From: Lineus longissimus
Lineage: Eukaryota
Assembly (NCBI RefSeq): GCF_910592395.1
Contig: NC_088309.1
Location: 22,769,923-22,833,922, forward strand
Direction of reading: 5' to 3'
Length of the DNA: 64,000 nt
The notes beneath the pieces are model-generated. The model did not search any database. It was not told where the DNA came from and worked only from the letters and a program-made list of their open reading frames with translations. A program made the translations under genes and the position numbers. Shown piece by piece: positions 1 to 11,200 of this stretch (positions are counted from its first letter, which is position 1; each line of letters starts with the position of its first letter).

Positions 1-756
1 TGCGTCATCAGTTCAGCATATCGTGATGACAGTCGACTCGGCATGACAGTTGTCGACTTGAATTCTGAAGACTATCAATCGAAGTCTCGGATGAAGAGTA
101 TTCGGAAGACGAAGTGGCGGGCACGAAAAACCAAAGGCTAAATCAAAACAGGGCTAGCCTATATGAATAAAGTCTATTAAAAGGAGACAAACTTTATTCA
201 TATATCACTTCGACATTTAGGAAGTTGACTCATACCAGGATATTGGTGAAAGTATATCTTTTGTAAATTGAAAATTTGACATGTGCATGTGGTGAATCTC
301 GCGCAAGGCTCATTTTGCCTTCACTGAAAGTACCTTAAAGTATATTTTTGATTTGCGCGAGACAGAGAAATTGGCACGCAGGCAATGTAAAGTTCATGAA
401 ATGTTTGTAAATTTTCTGAAAAATATCGTTAGATTTTTTGCCCAAAATTGATTAGTTCCACTGACAAATACTGGTTAAGAACAAGTAAGGTTGATAGAAG
501 AGGGTATTCTCTTTAAATTTATGTAATATTCATGCTTGACTGGTGATTAAAATCTATAAATTTTTAGGTGAAACAATAGACTATGTAGCCTTCTAGTCTA
601 TACACTGTAATGGTTAGGTCATGTATCGTATGTGTACATCTGCTGAGTGAAAGATGATTCCATCGCAAACCTGTCTGGAATGTTGATACATGTAGCATGT
701 GAATGATTATTGTCAAGTTACTTTACATTTTTGTTTTTTCCTTTCTACTACTTTCA

Positions 757-1103
757 GACAAAGAATTACACAAGTTGACAAGAGCAAACCCTATCTGACT
801 CTACCTTATACTTCAACTGAAGACCTCTTAGAATCAACCAGAAGGGCATTGGAAATCAATTGGCTCTCTTTTTGTAAAGAGCTTAATTTCCACCCATTTA
901 GAAAAATGCTGCCAAAAGATTCTGCCCAGGCTAAAATTGTGCGGAACATATCTCCAAATATCCCTGCATTCACTGACATCTTTGATGAGGAGACATTCTA
1001 CCTCTTCATATTTGCTGTGGTGGTTGTGACAATAATTGGTGCTATCATATTATCGAGGAAGTATCCAATCCGAGATGCAGGACAGACTCTTCATGTGGAT
1101 TAA
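757..1103 (+). CDS. Hypothetical terminal coding exon; the C-terminus carries one predicted transmembrane helix (FYLFIFAVVVVTIIGAIILS) followed by a short tail (tail-anchored topology). Family not recognised.
   Basis: 134-aa ORF 699-1103. A polypyrimidine tract and acceptor ...ctactttcag lie at about 750-756. The hydrophobic 20-mer near the C-terminus and the stop at 1101-1103 are read directly from the track. Confidence 0.25.
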
Positions 1104-4100
1104 TGATTGATAAATTGACTTGAAAAACTAACTTCAGGAAGTGTATGTATTCCAACTGAATGGATCTCACAGCTGATCACCTGGAAGTGTTCAAATTTAG
1201 ACTGACTGCTTTTTAATGGCCCTTGATCACTTAAAGTCTGGATATAAACGGGCAAGATGCAATAATCAGATTTGTGAAGAAAAGTTCATTAAAACCGTAG
1301 TCGAAACTCCATTCAGATTTGAGAGGATTTTGTATGGACTGAAAGAATGAGACACTGACAGTTAAGGATTAGTGTCTCGTGATAATGCCAGGTCATCAGT
1401 AATGCAGTTTACACAGTTTCTGTACTGAGCCAGGGTACAAATGTTCCCGAAGTAGAAACTTTTTGTGCACATTTTCATATGTGTACCTGGCACGTTTGTG
1501 TTGCACAAACTGCAAAGGAAGTCTGTGAACTTTGTTAGTGCTGGCGAGGCATTATCTTGAGACATTCTTCCTCCTTCAGGCCCATTGATATGGCCTTTGT
1601 TTTGATTCTTGCTCTGTGTGGTCCCAAATTAGTCTTTCATAATCATTGCCTTTGCATTTATACCATACTGTACATTAATTTATTCATAATTTATGTCCTT
1701 CTGTGTATTTGTCCCAAGGTGAAGTAACTTTCATGCAAGTAAACTAGTATGAGGAATGAATGTCATATGCAGCTTCAATACCTTTATCACGGCATGTTGA
1801 TGACAAACAATCATATGCTGCTAGTAATCTCTCAATCTAAAGTACCATGTTATGTTTATTCCTTTTCACCATCTCAATACGTCTTTGAAATAAAGTTCAA
1901 ATTGTCCAACCTCTTGTTTTTTGTTGCGTCTTGTTCCACCGGCATTCTGTGATCAATGTTTGAGTGTTCAGGGCTGATGTATTGCCTGACCAATGAACAG
2001 CTCACCAGACCGACTGGACTTATCACAGTTTCTACGACATCAAGTAACTAGGAATGATAATACATTGGACAGGATGGTGGTCCATAGCAAGTTAACTTTG
2101 CAGTTTGCAGGCATGCCTGGTACCCATTTATACATGTACAGCACATGTACTGCAAGGGAGAAGCAATGTAAGATTGAGCATCTAACTTAATGACATGTAA
2201 ATGAAACGGCAATGATCCTTGGACCCTCAGGTCCTATCTCCTGCCTATAGTCCCTCTTTAAGAGGTTGTAGCCCCATGGCAACCCAGTCCATTAAGGCAA
2301 AGACAATTATTTCTTTGGTAGAGGGCGACTAAAAGAGAATTGCATTGAGAAACAACACAGTTGTATTTTTTAATCCATTTGTTCATTTATTGCTCATAAC
2401 ACAACAACTTGGAGTCAGCTTTTAGATTGCATTCAGACTGATTAGCAGTGCTACTAACTCTACTTTTATCACACAAAGCACTAGTTTCTGCACAAACCCA
2501 TGGGGATGAAACCAGCCTGGAGATTAGACAAACCACACTTCTAGATAAAGTGCACCTACATGTAGGTTAAAAGAAGATGACAATTCCTATCTTATTACAA
2601 CTCATAATACAGTATCCATATCAAACCAGACATTTACCCAATACATAAGATGCGATAATGACACACATTAACCCTATCTAACTGGACCAACCAAAATTCT
2701 TAAGCCAACAGTATCACCTATGCGAAATGTTTTCGAAAGTTGAATAACTGTAAAACAGTCAGGAGCAGTCACGACTTTCAAGGCAATAGAATCTGCATTG
2801 CAAAGCTTCCATTTAGAAAGTTTTGATTCCAGTCTTATCAGGTTTGATAAATCAGGTCCTTGACCTTGTACAAGACTATACTTCCACATTATATAGCTTT
2901 TATATTTGATATATCAATCAACTGAGATCACTGCCTCTCAGTAAAAACATTTTTGGGACATTTGAGCAATCACTAGTGCAATTGAAAGACTAATCGGTGT
3001 AATATTTGATAATTCACATGCACTTATTCCTTTTGGGACAGCCCATAATACGATAATTTTATATCACTCTTTGGACGAGGACGACTATTCTTAACTTATT
3101 GAAGGCAAACATGAAGACAAAAACAGAAAAGAATTGGAAACACAGAGTAAAGGGGGACTTTGGCCATGCTCTAGCTGCACTGAGAGCATCATCTAATGTG
3201 GCACTGCAGTGACGGAGTGAACCACAGGAGCAGAACATCATTGCAAAGTGGTTACCATTAACCACTGACTTAACATTAGACATTATAGTCATACACCTCC
3301 TACCACTGCACTGATTTTATGCATACATGAGTATACACCAAATTATTTGTTATGGGTGTTTTATTTCATACCCCGGGAACAGAAGAAATAAAGCTGATGA
3401 AATCAAACAAGTGAGTATTCAAATTATCATGGTTCATGCATCAGTATGACTTCATACATTCACATTCGAGAAAGATATATAAAATGGAATGTACTACCAC
3501 TATTACTACCACCCTATGTTCCTTACAAAATGAAAGTAAATGTACATGCAATATACCACAGAACATAGCTCAAAAAACATATTAAGGACACATGCCTCAT
3601 AGAATCTATTCTTGTACATAAATTAAAACATACTATACTAAATACAGACAAGGGAAAAATACTGGATAGCCCATCTGGACTTGGTGAAAGAGCCAACAAT
3701 TTCGGGTGAATTTGACACAATTTGATTTTTTACCCATTCATCTATTCATCTGCGCAAATAGGATTGGGGGGGGGGGGGTTCGCACTTGGTGAGTAAGGCT
3801 CATTCCCTTTAACCCTCAGAACCCCGAAAACAAAGATATGCTTGAGAAAAAATACAGGGAGAACAGGGAGCTCATACTATTTTGTCACCGTTAATAGTTC
3901 AAGATAAATCATCTACATGGTTTGAAATTATCAGCTTTTAAGATACTAAGATACAAAGATGGGAGTGCTATAAATATGTACCACACATGTACAACCTGTA
4001 TGAATTCGTAGAAAATTCCATATGCCAAAAATGCAACTTACATGTAAACATGTATGCAATGCAACTGAAGTTGCATGGGGGGGGGGGGGGGGAGGGGGGG

Positions 4101-4979
4101 TCAGGCGTGCAGGTTAAAGACAGTGCCTTTTTTATACTCTATACTTTTCTATTAACAAATACACGCATATACACAATCTAGAACGATTTTTATCATCTTT
4201 TCTGTTACATTTCAGAGCTCTAATTATGCCGTGATGACTTAGTCACATTTGATTTTGGCTTTCTAAAGCACCATTGGGCTAACACATCTAATAAATTTCA
4301 ATATAATCGACCAGTACCCAAATACAAAGAGAAGTCCGATTATCATAACATTTTATTTCAATGAGAATTACTAAGGGTTCTGGGTTTCTATCACTTATCT
4401 AATGTGACCTCCAAAAACAAAGTAAGCACACAATCATGTACACAGTAACTTGGGACTCCAAACACATCTCTTGGTGCTCTACTTACATATGTTCATTGTT
4501 TGTACTGCTCCCTCTGAAGTTTTTATCAATAAATAACTATTATCAATTATTAATTCAAGTATGAAACATCTTTTCAACATTTGTTGTATTTCAATCACTG
4601 CCACGTTCTATATTCTGACCAGTTTTTAAATGAGTTTGAAACAGAGAATCCATAGCTTAAGACACACTCATTGGTGGAAGCAGTCTTTGATTATAACCAT
4701 GATATATGCCCAATTTCCTCATATACATGTATGTTTAATTACTAATAAAAAGCCCACAATCAAACTCAAATCACTCTTGTGAATCATTTTTTGCAGCCAC
4801 TTCTGGTAGCTGGTGATAATGAAGTTGGCTACATACATGGTGCACTTACTTCAGTAGTACTGGTCTCCACAAAAAACCTTTTACACAGGTATTAAGTCCA
4901 TCTGAATTCAAAACCAACAACCAGGGTATTTCTGTGGTAAAGCACAGGCATGTGCTTTGGACTAAACTCCTAATCATTA

Positions 4980-5220
4980 TCTTGCAGCCTCAACTTCTAC
5001 GTTGCTATCTTTATTGGCGGTACCATTTATAATGGGTGCATCACCATCATGGGCCTGTGCTTTTAGAGAGTCAGCAGTTTCATTAGCAGGGATGGTATCA
5101 CTAGAGTCACTTGAATCATCCTTTGAATTTGATGAATCTGAGCTTTTGTCCCCCTCCTCTGCCTCGGCTGTTGTTTGATCACTTACAACTTGGGTGCGAA
5201 GTTTTTCGATATCTTCAGGG
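4980..5220 (-). CDS. CLUH: CLUH last coding exon ([80 protein letters not shown]), stop at 4977-4979; the 3' UTR runs toward lower coordinates.
   Basis: Acceptor ctttacag. Anchored to the minus ORF 4977-5237. The tail is acidic and Ser-rich. Confidence 0.75.
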
Positions 5221-8200
5221 CTGTAAAGACAACACATGTGAAGATTAGAGCAGAAATCCCAGCAATAAACGATTTAAAAGAAACCTTGACCATCAAAGAG
5301 GCACATGAGGCAATACAAGTGGGGGTGTTCTACTTAACACCTTCAGCGCCGAACCACGTAGATCTACGTGGCCCAAATCCCCCTCCCCTTTGAGCTAGTT
5401 ATCGGAATCTCATGGACATCATGAAAGAACTACGCCATCGCCATCTTCAGGGCAAGGTAGGAACTGAAAAGACACAGTTCCTACCTTGCCCTGAAGATGG
5501 CAATGGCGTAGTTCTTTCATGGAGTCATTTAAAGTTCTTAACTACGCCATCGCCATCTTTAGGGCACGGTGAGAACTGAAAAGACCGTTTGATCTCTTCA
5601 GTTCCTACCTTACCCTGAAGATGGCGATGGCGTATTTTCTTTCATGAAGTCCATGAGACTCCGATAACCAGCTCAAAGAGGGGGGGTTTGGGCCACGTAG
5701 ATATACGTGGTTTGGCGCTGAAGGTGTTAAACAGGTGCTGCGGCGAGAAATCAAGAATCGACATTTCAACCATCAAATCAACCGAAACAAAATAGGCTGG
5801 CACTGCACCATGTGAGATCAAAGGCAAGAGCCCATTATCAAGGACTGCTCATCCTCAGCAACACAAAAGACTTGTTAGGTTCTGCAAAACAGCCCTCCAA
5901 TGAACCATCACTGAGGAGGAAACAGGATCAAAGAGGTACCATGATTCTGCCTACCTGAGGTGGACAAAGACGATTCCATTGATGACATTGAGAGTCTCAA
6001 GAACGTTGACTAGAGATGGGGTCTGAATCTGGAGTGGGGGCAGACCGACTGCTTTCTCGCCTTTATAAATCTCATTCATTTTCTTTTGCAGCACCACAGC
6101 TTGTTTCGTTAAATGCTTGAGACATTCACAACTTTCCTTGGTCCTTTCATGATCATCCCCAAGCTGTAAGAAAGAAAGCGGCTTTATATCAAATATGTTG
6201 TGAGGAAAAGAATTGACAAATGCAGATTTGTGAATCTCTTTGTCATAGCAAGGGCTGGTTCAAGACTAGGTGTTGCCTGGCCTAGCCTAGGACAGAACAA
6301 GACCACTTTTCAAGGCAGGTGGTGCTTTGGGCAAGAGATTCCTGATCCTTACTCAACAGGCTTGCAAGCATTGCAGCCCACCCCCAGCTGGAGTAATGAG
6401 CATACATCACACCTGTTCGAATTTACAAGAAGAACAATCAAAAGATTTGTGTGGCGATGATTGTATCATGCCTTTGTGTGGGTGATGACACATGGTCATA
6501 TGCTATTGTGAAAATTACACTCATTTTGAGATCGAGAAAACTTGGATGCTGCCCTGCAGTGGAGTAGAAGCGAACACTCACCAAATCTTTGTACACATGG
6601 TATGCCTCTTTCTCGTTACTGAGAGCAGTCCTGAAGTCACCACGACATGACTGAACACGCGCGACGAGATGATGACCCATTGCAACTTTCAAACTGTTGG
6701 CGCCAAAGAACCTGAAGAGTGAAAAAAGCTGTTGTAGCAACATATATGCCCAATGATTGAAATTGAAAAAGATTTCAAGAGTCATTTCAGAGCTGTGTAT
6801 AACAGTTATTAGCCCAACTATTTCGCTGTAGTTGGTGTAATACACTGGAAAGAAAAGTCACCTCAGTAAAACTGATCTAACCTCAACAGCAGAGTTAGTT
6901 ACAAGGCATGTTGTCAACATGGGTAGCCAGCTGATTGTGGTCTAGGATAAACACACCAAGAACTAGGCCACCCTGCTACTTACAATGTATTCAGTTGTAA
7001 CGCCTTCTCCAAGAACTTGAGTGACACATCGTACGCTCCAACTGCATGAAGGATCAGCCCGATGTTGCTCTGAAATGCATATGGAGAGATTGGTCGAGGG
7101 AAGAAGGGTGGAAAAATTTCATAAAGACATCTCAAACACAGCTGCAACATTCTTCTATAGCGGACTGCAGCTCAACTTACACAACTATCTGAAGATGATT
7201 ATAATCCACACAGAAATATCGAAACTTGAATCTGCCGTCCGCGTTTCATCATCACCTCAGTAAGACTAATCAAACCTCCACTACTTGTGTCAGATTTATG
7301 AGGCAAGTTGTCATCATTGGTGTTCAGACGAATGTATAAAGATTGGAGAGGAGATATCAGCTTTACTGCTCCGGTACTCACATCAATAAGAGCCACCTCC
7401 GGGTGGTTTTCTCCACTGCACAAGAGAGCCAGGTAGCGAGCTCTGTAGAGTAACCTGAGGGCGCTGCTGATCTGGGTGCTGGCAAAACAGTACAGGGCAA
7501 GGTGAGCCTGAAGAAAAGATTAAACAGATAAACATTCTGCTAAAAGATACGTCTCTCATATACATTGATCTAATATTTATGGCCCGCTTGGGAAACGTGA
7601 CTCTGGGCATAATCAATATGCATGCTTCAAGCCTTTAAAGCCTTAAAACCAAAGATGACACTGTTTATCAAACTTACGTATTCTGTGATGGTGCTAGGAT
7701 GATCAATGCCAAGGACTCGTTCACTGATCAAGACTGCTCTCTGCTGGTACGCAAGGGCCTAAAGGAGAAAATATCATGGTATGTACTACTGGATCAGAAT
7801 TGAATAATGTGTACAAACTGACTGAAATTCCAACACTTCAAAAGCAATACTGATATGTGCACACCGTTCACAACATGTACATGAAATTTCAAGAACCAGG
7901 TTCTCTAGGTAGGATAGAGTCCTTGAGAACGTGAAGGGAGTGTAGTCTTTGATACAAACGAAGCATTAACCTTCACTCTCAACTCACCTCTTGATGCTCT
8001 CCCATAATGTAGTTCAGTCTGGCAAGGAGTTTATTACAGGCAGCTATTTCTGGATGGATCGGTCCGTAGACGTTGTTGAGCAAATTGAGTGCTTCACTGA
8101 TTAACTCATGGCCATCTCGCAAGAAACCTTGCTGAATCTTGGTCTGTCCACTCGTAAAGAAATGGTAGGCATCAGATGCCTGCAAATAGAGATGGAAAGA

Positions 8201-11200
8201 AGTTTTTTATTTATCATCTGATGCAAGTAATCTAGACATGACACTGTTGATGGTAGTTTATCGCCAAAGATAATTCACACGTTCCTGTATTTTTATTCAT
8301 ATACATCGAAGTAGATAGTTATTTCTTTTCCATTTCTTCCAGGTTACCTCAGTAAGACTAATCAAGCCTTCACGATAGAGTCAGGAAAAGAGCAAGTGGT
8401 CATCATTGGTAACCTTGTGAAAAAGTGCTATAACCCAATGGGTGATATGAATAGCATATATAGTACTTAAAACTTCATGTACATTTACACCATGCCTTTC
8501 ACTACACAACTGAAGAAGAAGCATTTCGTAATCATCATATCACCCAATGTTTTATTGCCAGTGTCAGGAGAAGCATTCCAGTTTGTAATATTACCTTTGG
8601 ATGTACGTGTTTGACAATCGGGAACATGTTCACGATATCATCTTCGGAGAATGCAGGTTTGTTCTTGCTGTCAAGGTTGTAATCCCGGAATAAGATTTGT
8701 AAGCCCATTTTCTGGCAGAATGAGCGCAGCAGACATGCTTTTTGGATGTTGTACTTCTCAACGAGTGTGTCAACCGAGTCACTAGGAAAAGAATGACTTA
8801 TAAACTGAATAGGCAAGACAAATGAAAAAGATTCATCTTAAATATTTATGACGATTGATTTCATAATTGGGTCTCCTCAGTAAGACTAATCAAACCTCCA
8901 CGACATGAGTCAGATTTATGAGGCAAGTTGTCATCATTGGCAACCCAATTCTGAGTCAAGAAATGACAAGATTTAAAAGAAAAGTTTGAAAATCTCCCCT
9001 TACCATTCCAAGTTGTACAGGAAAAATTTGGAAGTTTCTTCTGAGATTTTCTTCCATAATGTCTTGGGTGTTTCAGAGGCCCATTCAGTATTATCAGGAC
9101 TAGTCAACCAGCGCCATTTATGGTTCTTCTTCTTGTTCTTCTTTTTAGATCGAATCTGATACAGAAAACACACGGTTAGTCAGCGAGGCATAACAAGAGA
9201 CAGCACAAATTACAGCCAGACTACGTAGCACAAGAGCAGCCATACAGAGAGTTCGCCTGTACAATTCACAGCTCTACTGGTAGCCATTTGAGTGTTTGAT
9301 AACAACACAGCTGCAGCAAGCAAACATGTGTTGAGACAAACGTCTATAATGCTATTTGCCTGCAGCTGCTGCCAGAAGTGTAAATTCTAATGAAAAGTCT
9401 CACGGTCACCACAATCAAATGAACTTTTTGAAAGATCTGAGCAAATTTGAAAGATCACTGCCATACTTACTTCTTCAGGACTGGCTTGTACATGAAGTGA
9501 CGGACAAGAGCCTAGGAAGCAGTTGAGGAAGTGGCTAACAGCATTGGCAAGACTTATCATCTCAACGCCTTGCATGTACGTGTTGAAAATGTGTTTAGCT
9601 GTCCGTGTCACAAGTTCACTCACGGCTATACTCTGAAAGAAAATATACCTTGATAGTAAAACCTTCACGTCCGAGTCAGATACAGAGCAAGTTGTCATCA
9701 TTGGTAACCATAACCCTCTCAATAGAAATCTATTCTTAACAAGCAACATATACAAATGGAAGACTTACATGCAGGTAAACCAGCTGCGTGTGTTCCTCCA
9801 GCAGCGTTGTAAACTTTCCAAGGTATCTGAGGTTGATGCCCCGCTGATGTAAAGCTTCTGTGAGTGTGACGCCATCAATGGGGGCAACCTGATGCTCCAA
9901 ACATTCCTTCACTAGTTGGGGAATTTGACTCAGAAGCAGGAATTCCGCAGCATCCTTTGTAAGCTGTTTATCTTTTTCAATCTGAAGGGAAAAATGTGTT
10001 ACTTTAAATCTGATTTTAGATTGAATTTCCGGGTTAAGTGGGGCAAATTACTAGGCCAGAGGCCACAAGTTGCATAATAAAGGAATCGCCCAACCCAAAG
10101 GTCACATTCACCCAACACCAGTTCTAGTAGGACACGTTTTGGTACTTCTTACCAGCCCTTACTGATGTTATCAGAATGATGCCCTTACAACACACATACA
10201 ATCCGTCTCAGAAAACTGTCTAATAGATGGATTATCTTCTCACTTATCTACTCATCAACTTACATCTTGACCAGCATGTTTGACATGGGGTTGGAATACA
10301 TCTGGGTTGAATGTCAAGTCAAATGCACTCTCTGTCAATGATCCCACAGCTTTAGCAGCCGCCCGTACAATCTCCTTACTACTATCTTCAACTGAAAAGA
10401 GAAAAAGAAACTACATTCACAAACACACAAAACACTTCCTTTGCATTGATCAATTGAAGGAGTCCAACTGCAATGCCAGCTTGGAAGAATTGTTCTTCCT
10501 GTGTGTTCACCTCAAGTCAATCAACTATACTGTCACACTTACAAGACTGACTATCGGCACCAATTATCTCTTCGACCAATTTCTTGGCTTCCTCGACTTC
10601 AACACTTTCATCCTCGCCCTCTTTGACAGCTTCTGGGCTCTGAAATCAGAAATACTCTGACAGTGAACAACAAAGGTATATTTCAGTTCAACTTCCTCTT
10701 AAGACCAGATACTGATGGGAAACTGTAGCAAGTTCTACAATCGAACCCCAGTCATCGGGTGAAAACCCTTCTGGTGTTAGCGAATACATGCATTAATGTA
10801 GCACAAATTCTACACCCAGTGACTTGCTGATGGAGACAATGGGCTCTAGTTCGTGCAAAAATGCAATTCTACATGTTTATAATGTAAATGAAAGTAACTG
10901 TAGCAAGTTCTACTATCAAACCCCAGTCATTGGACAATACAGTCCTTCTGGTGTTAGCGAATACTTGCATCAATGTAGCACAAATTCTACACCCAGTGTC
11001 TTATAGATGGAGACAATGGGCTCTAGTTCGTGCAAAAATACAATTTTACATGTTTCTCCATAAAACAAGTGAAAATGAAGCAACTGTAGCAAGTTCTACT
11101 ATCAAACCCCAGTCATTGGACAATACAGCCCTTCTGGTGTTAGCGAATACTTGCATTAATGTAGCACAAATTCTACACCCAGTGTCTTATAGATTGAGAC

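Noticed and set aside
7253-7322. The alternative that the 70-bp intronic repeats are merely a MITE, or a retro-copied exon junction, because the plus strand reads cctcag|gtaagact like a splice donor.
   Set aside because: CLUH is on the minus strand, so a plus-strand donor mimic is irrelevant. On the minus strand the units have terminal stems with C, D' and D boxes in canonical spacing. That fits an snoRNA much better than a TIR-less MITE, so the snoRNA reading was preferred. The MITE alternative is kept as the refutation condition.
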